IMG/VR virus record: IMGVR_UViG_3300037493_000570
Location: 1 to 55,840 of that record
Source: a virus
Taxonomy: Duplodnaviria; Caudoviricetes
DNA: 55,840 nucleotides
Strand: one strand, 5' to 3'
Positions within the stretch are counted from its first letter, which is position 1; each line of letters opens with the position of its first letter. Shown here piece after piece: positions 26,306 to 34,775 of this stretch. The notes under the pieces are model-generated. The model was not told the DNA's origin and did not search any database. It saw only the letters and a program-made list of their open reading frames with translations. The position numbers and the translations under genes are program-made.

Positions 26306-27027
26306 CAGTTCATAATATTCGTCACTTCTTTGCTCAACTATATCAATCAAAGAAATTTGTAACTGATAAGTCAGGCGTAAAGACTATTGAAATTGTAAAT
26401 GCTAATTTTGTTGCAGCTTCGCCTTCTATCTTTGGTGCCGTCAACAACGAATATGTGAGTCGTGAAATTCGTTGGTATGAAGGCCAATCATTGAATGTCA
26501 ATGATATTCCAGGTGGCACTCCCGCTATCTGGAAACAAGTTGCAGACAAAGATGGTTTCATTAATAGCAACTATGGTTGGTGTGTTTTCTCTGCTGATAA
26601 CAATCATCAGTTTGCAAATGCTGTAGCTGAACTAGAAGAGCGTCCCGATTCTCGTCGTGCTATCATGATCTATACTCGTCCTGAGATGTGGGGTGATCAT
26701 AATAAGAATGGTCGTTCCGACTTCATGTGCACTAACACAGTCCAATACTTGATTCGCGATAATCGTGTTTCTGCTATCGTCAATATGCGTAGCAATGATG
26801 CATGGGCTGGATACCGAAATGACTATGCTTGGCAGTTCTATATGCTATCATTGGTTACAAACAAGTTAAACACTCGTGGTAACGCATACCGTATGGGTGA
26901 TATCCATTGGAATGCAGGATCACTCCACATCTATGAACGTCAGTTCTATCTGATCGATCACTTTATTAAAACCGGTGAAACCTCAATCACCAAAGAAGAG
27001 TATGACACAAAGTACAATTTGGCGTGA
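26302..27027 (+). CDS. gp42: dCMP hydroxymethylase (thymidylate synthase fold)
   Basis: INSNYGW, SDFMCTNTVQYLIRD, NMRSNDAWAGYRNDYAWQ (Asp at the TS Asn site), GSLHIYER. Confidence 0.9.
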   Translation: MTVHNIRHFFAQLYQSKKFVTDKSGVKTIEIVNANFVAASPSIFGAVNNEYVSREIRWYEGQSLNVNDIPGGTPAIWKQVADKDGFINSNYGWCVFSADNNHQFANAVAELEERPDSRRAIMIYTRPEMWGDHNKNGRSDFMCTNTVQYLIRDNRVSAIVNMRSNDAWAGYRNDYAWQFYMLSLVTNKLNTRGNAYRMGDIHWNAGSLHIYERQFYLIDHFIKTGETSITKEEYDTKYNLA

Positions 27028-27454
27028 TCGTTATTTAGATCTAGCAAAGCAGGTTTCTACTTGGAGTAAAGATCCAAGTAGAAAAATCGGTGCTGTTGCT
27101 GTAGGATCTAAAGGTCAGATTCTATCACAGGGATTCAATGGATTCCCTCGTGGTATCCTTGATAGTGCTGATCGTTATAATGATCGTCCCACGAAGTATA
27201 AGCTTGTAGTTCATGCTGAAATGAATGTGATCTACAATGCAACATTCAATGGAGTGTCTTTAGATGGTGCATCCTTATACGTCTATGGACTTCCCGTTTG
27301 TTCTGAATGCGCTAAGGGTATCATCCAAGTTGGAATTAAAAATGTTGTCATCTATACCGATGATGTAGTTCCAGCAGTATGGACAGATGCTTATGAATTG
27401 ACTTATGATATGTTTAAAGAAAGTGATGTGCAATGCGAGTGGATCCAATCTTAA
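27002..27454 (+). CDS. cd: dCMP deaminase
   Basis: WSKDPS, GFNGFPRG, HAEMN, PVCSECAK. Confidence 0.9.
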   Translation: MTQSTIWRDRYLDLAKQVSTWSKDPSRKIGAVAVGSKGQILSQGFNGFPRGILDSADRYNDRPTKYKLVVHAEMNVIYNATFNGVSLDGASLYVYGLPVCSECAKGIIQVGIKNVVIYTDDVVPAVWTDAYELTYDMFKESDVQCEWIQS

Positions 27455-27804
27455 TCGTTGGAATTTGTCCTTCTAATAAACCCCTATTGAAAAATAGTAA
27501 GAACGCTTCGCTTGATCGTCTTAGTACTTGGATGGATCATTTAAATGTCCAGCATTTTTCTTTCATAAATACGTTTGACACACCCGGTAATCCGCGTATG
27601 TCCAATGTAGATTTTGAAGCATTGGAAAAAGCGTGTAAAGGTTATGTCAACGTATTAGCACTTGGCAATTTTGTTGCTGATGTACTATGTAAGATTAACG
27701 TAAGGCATTATGTAATGCCTCATCCATCACCACTCAATAGAAATCTGAATCATAAGTGGTGGGTTGAATTGATGTTAGAAGATTGTAAGGATTATCTCAA
27801 ATGA
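27433..27804 (+). CDS. Small uracil-DNA-glycosylase-superfamily-like protein
   Basis: LIVGICPS, LALGN, PHPSPLNR. Confidence 0.6.
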   Translation: MRVDPILIVGICPSNKPLLKNSKNASLDRLSTWMDHLNVQHFSFINTFDTPGNPRMSNVDFEALEKACKGYVNVLALGNFVADVLCKINVRHYVMPHPSPLNRNLNHKWWVELMLEDCKDYLK

Positions 27805-29024
27805 AAATCGCATTTATTATGGGCCGTGGCGTTGAAGGTTGCGGCGTAACTAAGTTTACTCTAGAACAGAACGATTGGTTCTTGCGTCAAGGTATTGAAT
27901 CAACGATATATTCTCCTAAGGATAAATCGTGGACTCGCAAGAATTCTCATGACTGTTCGACGATACAGACTTTGAAGTTTGCTAAAGATGAAGATGCAAA
28001 CCTTGTGATTGCAGGATGCAATGCAGCCGATGCTGTTATCATTACATCGCTTCCTTCTGATTCCCATCCAGCCGCATGCATTGCTAACTTCAAACGTATC
28101 CTTGCATCTATCACTAAGCCAATCGTTTTGATTCAGCTAGATCATAAGTCTGCATCCATTAAACGCAATGCGGCATTGGACGAATCTATTAATGCATCGG
28201 CTGTTATGTTTTCGTTGTCGCGTAAAAACGACTTTGCTGAATATGTTAATGCTATGACTGGAGCATCTGGTCTTGCATCTTTCTTTGACGATGACTCAGT
28301 TCAAAAAGAAATCTTTGCATATCAGGTTGGTTATACATTTGAACCAGCCAAGCAAAAATACTGGAAAGACATTAAAGAACAAGATCCATTACATCACAAA
28401 TGGATTGGCCGCACCACTTCGTGGAAAGGCTATCAACAAATGTTCCACTTCCACAATAACTTCTTGCGTCCCAATGGATACATGACAACGTTTGAAGGTA
28501 TTGAAAAGTCACCAGCATATCTTGGGTTCAAAGAACTATCTGAATTTCATCCTATGGTTGGCGAAGATCCACGAACGTCGGATCTGTCAAAAGCATATGG
28601 CGATCTAGCTTATGTCTTTGGCCCATACAACAATGATGAGATGCTGGAACGAATTTCTCGATGTGGATTCGGCTATCAGCTGTCATTGCTTGGTGAGAAG
28701 TACATTGAGAATGCATTGGAATATACTCATTGCGAAATCGTAGCAACTGGAACTACTCCTGTATTTCGTGCAGGATGGGGACGACGTGCTAAACACCGTA
28801 CTCTTGATACTCCATTGATCGACTGTAAGAACAATGGAACTGTTTGGCTAGATGATGATAACATGCAACCAGCATTGGATCTTATCAATAAGCTAAGTAA
28901 GGATGATGTTATGCGCGATGAATATCGTCACATGGCATATGAGTTCTATAAAGAGCATCAGGATTCTGAACATATCTTTAGTGATATGTGGAACAAGATG
29001 AAACCTTACATTGTAAAAGCATGA
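27801..29024 (+). CDS. agt: DNA alpha-glucosyltransferase homolog (hmC glycosyltransferase)
   Basis: MGRGVEGCGVTKFTLEQ, WIGRTTSWKG, EGIEKSPA, GFGYQLS, LEYTHCE as in T4 AGT. Confidence 0.88.
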   Translation: MKIAFIMGRGVEGCGVTKFTLEQNDWFLRQGIESTIYSPKDKSWTRKNSHDCSTIQTLKFAKDEDANLVIAGCNAADAVIITSLPSDSHPAACIANFKRILASITKPIVLIQLDHKSASIKRNAALDESINASAVMFSLSRKNDFAEYVNAMTGASGLASFFDDDSVQKEIFAYQVGYTFEPAKQKYWKDIKEQDPLHHKWIGRTTSWKGYQQMFHFHNNFLRPNGYMTTFEGIEKSPAYLGFKELSEFHPMVGEDPRTSDLSKAYGDLAYVFGPYNNDEMLERISRCGFGYQLSLLGEKYIENALEYTHCEIVATGTTPVFRAGWGRRAKHRTLDTPLIDCKNNGTVWLDDDNMQPALDLINKLSKDDVMRDEYRHMAYEFYKEHQDSEHIFSDMWNKMKPYIVKA

Positions 29025-29863
29025 AAATCTTAGTAACAGGAGGAGCAGGATTCGTTGGATCCTCGCTCTGTGAAAGACTTCAACAGTCTGGGCATTCCGT
29101 ATCATCGGTTGATAACTATTTTACCGGTAGCATGTATAATCATGTTGACGATGTGACGTATTACGATTGCGATACCAAGAATATTCTAACACTTGGTCTT
29201 GAGAATGATTTTCAACTAGTGTATCACCTTGGCGAATATTCTAGAGTAGAACAATCTTACGATGATTTGAATACGGTGTTGGATTACAATCTATATTCCA
29301 TAGCACCGGTTGTAGAGTTTGCTAAGAATTGCAATGCAAAGTTAATTTATTCTGGCTCAAGCACTAAGTTCTCTGCAGCTGGTGGATCGTTATCTCCCTA
29401 TGCATGGACCAAAACAGTCAACGCTGATTACGTTAAGAACTATTCTGAATGGTATGGTTTAGACTATGCTATCACTTACTTCTACAATGTCTATGGAAAC
29501 CGCGAAATTTGTGACGGTAAATATAGTACTGTAGTTGCAAAGTTTCTTAAGATGAAACGCGAAGGTGCGACAACTTTACCTGTAACTTCTCCTGGCACGC
29601 AGCAAAGAAACTTCACACACGTTGATGACATTGTTGATGCGCTGATTCTGATTGGTGAACATGGTAAAGGCGATGGATATGGTATTGGATCCGACGATGC
29701 GTATTCTATTGTGGAACTTGCTGAAATGATTGGCTTAAACGTTGACATGAGAGCTGCAGTAAAAGGTAATAGACTTAGTGCACCAGTGAAGTCTGAAAAG
29801 ACTATCGCACTAGGATGGAACACAAAACGAAACTTGAAAGAATACATTAAATCATGTCTATAA
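29021..29863 (+). CDS. NAD-dependent nucleotide-sugar epimerase/dehydratase (extended SDR)
   Basis: VTGGAGFVG, DNYFTG, SPYAWTK (YxxxK), NVYG, RNFTHVDD. Confidence 0.9.
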   Translation: MKILVTGGAGFVGSSLCERLQQSGHSVSSVDNYFTGSMYNHVDDVTYYDCDTKNILTLGLENDFQLVYHLGEYSRVEQSYDDLNTVLDYNLYSIAPVVEFAKNCNAKLIYSGSSTKFSAAGGSLSPYAWTKTVNADYVKNYSEWYGLDYAITYFYNVYGNREICDGKYSTVVAKFLKMKREGATTLPVTSPGTQQRNFTHVDDIVDALILIGEHGKGDGYGIGSDDAYSIVELAEMIGLNVDMRAAVKGNRLSAPVKSEKTIALGWNTKRNLKEYIKSCL

Positions 29864-30711
29864 ACATTGGTATTATTGGTCACGGCTTTGTCGGCAAGGC
29901 TGTTGAATTTGGATTTGATACTCCTGAGGTTGATCAGTATCTGGTAGATCCTAATTACGGAACTACTGTCGCTTCAATGTTTGATAATTTTGATCCGCAT
30001 ATCGTTTTCATTGCAGTACCAACTCCAATGAGTGATGATGGTACGATCAATTCATCTATCATTGAGCAAGTATTCTTAGATCTTAGCAAAGCAGACTCAA
30101 AACCAATTGCAGTAATTAAGTCTACCATTACTCCTGAAGTTATCTCAAAGATCAAAGCCGTGTATCCACGTGTTATCTACAATCCTGAGTTTCTTACAGA
30201 GCGTAATGCAAATCATGATTTTGTAAATGCACCTATGCTTATCATTGGTGGTGAAAATGAAAGTGACATGCGATTTATCAAATCGGCGTATGACACGTAT
30301 TCAAAGTGTGTGCCATGTGAAACATTCTTTGTTGATCTAGAAGCAGCATCGATGATTAAGTACACGCTGAATTGCTTTATGGCTACCAAGGTTTTATTCT
30401 TTAATCAGATCAATTCAATCTTTAAAGCAAGCGGAACTGAAACAGATTGGAATGATTTTGTTTCAATCATTAAAGCAGATCCTCGAGTTGGCGATAGTCA
30501 TATGGCAGTCCCAGGTCCTGATGGCCGTTATGGTTACGGTGGTGCATGTTTCCCTAAAGATACAACTGCATTGGTTAAATATTCTAAAAACATCGGTGTT
30601 CCCTTCACCGCATTGGAAGAAGTTGTAAAGGCTAATCAAAAGATTAGAAGCCAGTACACTGATTTAGATGCTCGTGAAAAAGAACAAAACGTGAGCTTTA
30701 AAGCGTTATGA
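29854..30711 (+). CDS. UDP-glucose/GDP-mannose 6-dehydrogenase family (short, no C-terminal domain)
   Basis: GHGFVG, VPTP, KST, NPEFL, GYGGACFPKD. Confidence 0.9.
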   Translation: MSINIGIIGHGFVGKAVEFGFDTPEVDQYLVDPNYGTTVASMFDNFDPHIVFIAVPTPMSDDGTINSSIIEQVFLDLSKADSKPIAVIKSTITPEVISKIKAVYPRVIYNPEFLTERNANHDFVNAPMLIIGGENESDMRFIKSAYDTYSKCVPCETFFVDLEAASMIKYTLNCFMATKVLFFNQINSIFKASGTETDWNDFVSIIKADPRVGDSHMAVPGPDGRYGYGGACFPKDTTALVKYSKNIGVPFTALEEVVKANQKIRSQYTDLDAREKEQNVSFKAL

Positions 30712-31889
30712 AACATGCATCTATAGTTCCACTAATTGGTGGAGAAACTCTTGGTCAAATGGCAGCCTTCGGCACTAAGCCAGATTACTTACTTTCATAC
30801 TCTCCGTTTAGTAATAATGATTCGCACTTGGTTAATCACCTTAAAGACGTCCCTTACATCTTACTTGATCAGGGCGGTCGTCATCCTCACTATGTTGATG
30901 TTGTCAACGCTGTCTGTCCTTGTGCTGGGTTATCTTCTTTATCACCTTCAGCTAATTCCGATGCAGCAGTTAATGATTGGTTAACAACTACTGCTAAGTA
31001 CGTGTTGGAAGAAATGAAGCCACAGGTTCTATGGGGAGAGAATGCACCACGATTCGCTGGCTCAATGGGTAAACCAATCGTAGATAAGCTTCATAAACTT
31101 GCTACTGATAATGGTTATACGATGTCAGTGTATAGGACTAAGTCCCTATTGCATGGACTAAGTCAAGTAAGAGAACGATCGTTCTATTTCTTTTGGCAGG
31201 GCGATACCATTCCCGTCTTCAATTATTTTGATCGTCCAAATAAAAAGATTGAAGATCTGCTCACTGGTGTACCTAAAGATGCAAGCCAGCAAGAAGTAAC
31301 TAACAAGAAGATTCCTTCAAAGGACGATCCTTACTATCGTTACGTGCTAGAAGAGCTTGAAGGCGGCATCACTCACGCCGAGTTCGCGGCCAAGTTAACA
31401 TCGTCATATGATGTGATGCACTACATCGAATCAAAGACGAACTATCTTGAGGTTAAGAAGTGGGCTGAGAAGCAAGGTCTTACTAAGATGGCAGGCAAGT
31501 GTCAATTTATGCATGATAAGCTCGCAGCTGGTGGTAACATTATGAGACGTGCTTCTTATATTCCAAAGAATTATAGCGGTGCATTCGTTGGCCATCTTCC
31601 AACAAGTATGACTCATCCAGTAGAAGATCGTTATCTAACGTATCGTGAATGCATGACCATGATGGGTCTACCCAATGATTTTGAGTTGCTAAGTCCAGCA
31701 AAGAATCTGAATCATGTATGCCAGAACGTACCTGTTGGAACTGCTACAGATATGGCTATGGAAGTTAAAGCATCGTTGGAGGGTAAGCGCGATAGAGTAA
31801 ATGCTTCGCTGCTCTATCAGTTTAACAACAATAAAACATATGAGATTCGAGACACTGAACCCATACAGAGTTTAGAAAGTTTCTTCTAA
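30708..31889 (+). CDS. C5-cytosine methyltransferase-like protein with atypical motif I
   Basis: CPCAGLS (IV), GENAP (VI), QVRER (VIII), RYLTYREC (IX), QNVP (X); motif I reads IVPLIGG. Confidence 0.75.
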   Translation: MKHASIVPLIGGETLGQMAAFGTKPDYLLSYSPFSNNDSHLVNHLKDVPYILLDQGGRHPHYVDVVNAVCPCAGLSSLSPSANSDAAVNDWLTTTAKYVLEEMKPQVLWGENAPRFAGSMGKPIVDKLHKLATDNGYTMSVYRTKSLLHGLSQVRERSFYFFWQGDTIPVFNYFDRPNKKIEDLLTGVPKDASQQEVTNKKIPSKDDPYYRYVLEELEGGITHAEFAAKLTSSYDVMHYIESKTNYLEVKKWAEKQGLTKMAGKCQFMHDKLAAGGNIMRRASYIPKNYSGAFVGHLPTSMTHPVEDRYLTYRECMTMMGLPNDFELLSPAKNLNHVCQNVPVGTATDMAMEVKASLEGKRDRVNASLLYQFNNNKTYEIRDTEPIQSLESFF

Positions 31890-31891
31890 TA

Positions 31892-31911
31892 AAATGCCCT
31901 TCGGGGCATTT
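31892..31911 (+). terminator. Terminator-like hairpin closing the modification operon
   Basis: AAATGCCC-TTCG-GGGCATTT. Confidence 0.8.
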
Positions 31912-31959
31912 GTAGTTTATAATAAATAGAATAAGTAAAACTTTATAGATGGAATAATC

Positions 31960-32775
31960 ATGGCAGCTTCAGAAGGCGTAGACTTAGAATTCGCTATAGT
32001 AGATCATATAAGAATGACTAATGGCACTTTAATAAGTCCAAATAGAAAATATTCTACTAAGATTGAACAACAGGCTAAGAAGTGTGCAGAACATGTATTC
32101 GATTTTGCTGGAAATAAAAAAGTAGAAGCATGGCACTCGGACGATAATACAAATCCATTTCATGTTTCAATTTCTGCAAAACCAGAACCTAAAACAGACG
32201 TAGTGTTTAAAATTGGCAATACGATATACACTGCTTCAGTTAAAATGGCCGGTCCAGTTCAATTAGCATCAGGCCAAGGAGTTAGTACTGCGGAATTGTT
32301 TGAGGCCGCAGCACAGCATCTAAACAACAAAGCAAAATCCAAAGTTTTAGAATCTATTATACATGAATTGCGAACAATGCCAACTAGATTGCTATCGGAA
32401 GGCAATAAACCTAGAATCATGGGTGAAGGTAAGCAGAAAATAATAGATGAATTTATAAAAAATGGTAAAGTTATTACTGATAAAAGTTATGATGTATGGC
32501 TACAGAATAATAAGCCAATGTTAATGACAAAGTTACTTGATTATGTTGAAAGCGATCATGATTTTAAAGTTGCTTTACTGTACGAGTCCATGACTGGCGA
32601 AAAGACATTGTCAAAATATAAAGGTGCTGTAGCTAATAGTATCATTAGTCCTAAAGGATTCTATGAAATAGACGGTTCATACGTCAATAGTATTTTTTCA
32701 CGAGTGAAATTCGACATTAGAGGTAAGTCTAGAAGCGGCATTACCGGTGTGGCTTTTAGAATTGACTTAAATTAA
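31960..32775 (+). CDS. Hypothetical, restriction-endonuclease-fold candidate
   Basis: E...PKTDVV...ASVK pattern; AATAAATA late-like box upstream. Confidence 0.6.
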   Translation: MAASEGVDLEFAIVDHIRMTNGTLISPNRKYSTKIEQQAKKCAEHVFDFAGNKKVEAWHSDDNTNPFHVSISAKPEPKTDVVFKIGNTIYTASVKMAGPVQLASGQGVSTAELFEAAAQHLNNKAKSKVLESIIHELRTMPTRLLSEGNKPRIMGEGKQKIIDEFIKNGKVITDKSYDVWLQNNKPMLMTKLLDYVESDHDFKVALLYESMTGEKTLSKYKGAVANSIISPKGFYEIDGSYVNSIFSRVKFDIRGKSRSGITGVAFRIDLN

Positions 32776-32788
32776 TAGCGATAGACAG

Positions 32789-32817
32789 TGTACAATAAAT
32801 CTAATTTGTGGTATAAT
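32789..32817 (+). promoter_or_regulatory. Early-type promoter
   Basis: TGTACA-17 nt-TATAAT. Confidence 0.75.
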
Positions 32818-32834
32818 ACTACTATAAAGACAAC

Positions 32835-34064
32835 ATGCTAAACTTAAAAGACTACCTCAAAGAAGAAAAAAACGTTCACATGGAACACATTGAAGACCTC
32901 ATCTTCAATGAAGGTGTTATCGGCACTCGTAAAGCCATCAACTTTCTGCAAGACTTACGCGACATGCTCGCTGGTCACAGTAAGACCAAGATCACCGCAA
33001 CGGTGAAATGGGATGGGGCTCCAGCTATCTTCGCTGGAGTAGATCCTCGCGATGGAAAATTCTTTGTAGCAAAGAAGGGTATCTTCAATAAGAATCCTAA
33101 GGTCTATAAAACCAATGCTGACATTGACGCTGAATTGAGTGGCGATCTTGCTACAAAATTTAAGACTGCTCTCAAAGAATTCTCAAAGCTTGGTATCAAA
33201 TCCGGTGTATATCAGGGTGACCTTATGTTCACCGATGATAAGAAGACTGAGTCTATCGATGGCGAGAAGTTCATTACGTTTCATCCAAACACGATCATGT
33301 ATGCAGTGCCATATAGTTCAGAACTCGGTAAGAAGATTCGTTCTGCTAAGATCGGAGTGATCTGGCATACTACCTACGTCGGCGATTCTTTCGAATCAAT
33401 GTCTGCTTCATTTGGTAAGACTATCGTTGACAAACTTAATGACGTACCATCTATCTGGATGGATGATGCAAACTATAAAGACTATTCTGGTACAGCAACA
33501 TTCACTGCTGCAGAAACTAAAGAAGTCACTGCAGTACTATCTCGTGCAGGAACTCTATTTGGATCTATTAGTGCTCCAACGCTGAATGCAATCAGCGCTG
33601 ATGAAGACTTGCTAATGGCTGTCAAGACTTTCACTAATTCAAAGATTCGTAAGGGTGAATACATCACCAACACTAAAGCTCACGTGCAAGAACTCTATCA
33701 TTGGATCCATGATAGATACGAAAAAGAAATCGAAAAGAAAAAGACTCCTGCTGGAAAGAAAACTCAGGAAGATATGCGTAAGAAGATCCTAAGCTTCTTT
33801 GCTCATCACGATCAAAATCAAATCGTTGCAATCTTTGATCTTGCAAACTTGCTAGTAGAAGCGAAAGCGCTGATCGTTGCTAAGATGAATCAGGCTGGAC
33901 ATGTTAGCACATTCCTTAAGACTTCTGATGGTTTCAAAACAACTGGAGTAGAAGGTTTCGTTGCTATTGATCACCTTACTGGTGGAGCTGTAAAGATCGT
34001 AGATCGTATGGAATTTAGCAAGGCTAATTTTAGCCCACTTATAATCAAAGGATGGACAAAATGA
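32835..34064 (+). CDS. Conserved T4-like protein with KWDG ligase/nucleotidyltransferase-like motif
   Basis: HMEHIED, TVKWDGAPA, QGDLMF, EGFV, VKIVDRMEFS. Confidence 0.75.
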   Translation: MLNLKDYLKEEKNVHMEHIEDLIFNEGVIGTRKAINFLQDLRDMLAGHSKTKITATVKWDGAPAIFAGVDPRDGKFFVAKKGIFNKNPKVYKTNADIDAELSGDLATKFKTALKEFSKLGIKSGVYQGDLMFTDDKKTESIDGEKFITFHPNTIMYAVPYSSELGKKIRSAKIGVIWHTTYVGDSFESMSASFGKTIVDKLNDVPSIWMDDANYKDYSGTATFTAAETKEVTAVLSRAGTLFGSISAPTLNAISADEDLLMAVKTFTNSKIRKGEYITNTKAHVQELYHWIHDRYEKEIEKKKTPAGKKTQEDMRKKILSFFAHHDQNQIVAIFDLANLLVEAKALIVAKMNQAGHVSTFLKTSDGFKTTGVEGFVAIDHLTGGAVKIVDRMEFSKANFSPLIIKGWTK

Positions 34065-34600
34065 TAGATTTTAAAACTTACTTAGAAGAAGTTAAACGAG
34101 GCCTATGGGCAAACATTCACGCTAAAAGAAAGCGAATTAAAGCCGGTTCAGGCGAGAAGATGCGTAAGCCAGGAAGTAAGGGAGCTCCATCTGAAGCTGA
34201 CCTAAAGTCCGCAGCAGAATCTGTTGAGAACCAGTTTGACATTATTGAAGAGCTAGTGATGGATTTAGCTGAAATGCATAATGTCGATCCAGAAGTTATC
34301 TGGGAAGATTTTGAATCTGTTGACGACACCGAACTTTATGAATATGCTATTGATGCTAAAGGGCATAAGAGTTCTACGGGTGGACTGACACAAAAAGGTG
34401 TTGACGCTTACAACGCAAAGACTGGTGGAAATCTTAAGACAGCAGTAACAACTCCACCTTCTAAATTAAAGCCTGGTTCAAAAGCTGCTAATCGTCGTAA
34501 GTCTTTCTGTGCTAGAATGGGCGGAGTTGAAGGTCCAATGAAAGATGACAAAGGTCGACCAACTCGTAAAGCACTAGCTCTTAGAAAATGGAATTGCTAA
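34061..34600 (+). CDS. Putative internal head protein with two basic modules
   Basis: MIDFKTYLEE start; GLWANIHAKRKR and GGLTQKG...RRKSFCARM...LRKWNC modules. Confidence 0.7.
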   Translation: MIDFKTYLEEVKRGLWANIHAKRKRIKAGSGEKMRKPGSKGAPSEADLKSAAESVENQFDIIEELVMDLAEMHNVDPEVIWEDFESVDDTELYEYAIDAKGHKSSTGGLTQKGVDAYNAKTGGNLKTAVTTPPSKLKPGSKAANRRKSFCARMGGVEGPMKDDKGRPTRKALALRKWNC

Positions 34601-34746
34601 TGATTACGTTTAAAGATTGGTTAAAGGAGGAGAATACTCAAGGTGATGAAGGAACTGATAAGCTCACTAAGCATCGTAAGAAGCTTACACCCAATGAATT
34701 GCCAGTTACTCCCGAACCACTTAAGAATTTTGAAACGTATAAATAA
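34600..34746 (+). CDS. Small protein (48 aa, not in ORF track)
   Basis: MITFKDWLKEENTQGDEGTDKLTKHRKKLTPNE...; coupled to the upstream stop. Confidence 0.7.
   Translation: MITFKDWLKEENTQGDEGTDKLTKHRKKLTPNELPVTPEPLKNFETYK
34738..34745 (+). promoter_or_regulatory. Late promoter TATAAATA
   Basis: Exact consensus 30 nt before the ATG at 34776. Confidence 0.7.
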
Positions 34747-34775
34747 ACTATAACAATTTGTATTGATGGAATAAA

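Noticed and set aside
26302-27027. Ordinary thymidylate synthase (td)
   Set aside because: It has RND instead of PFN and gp42-type motifs, and ThyX is encoded separately.
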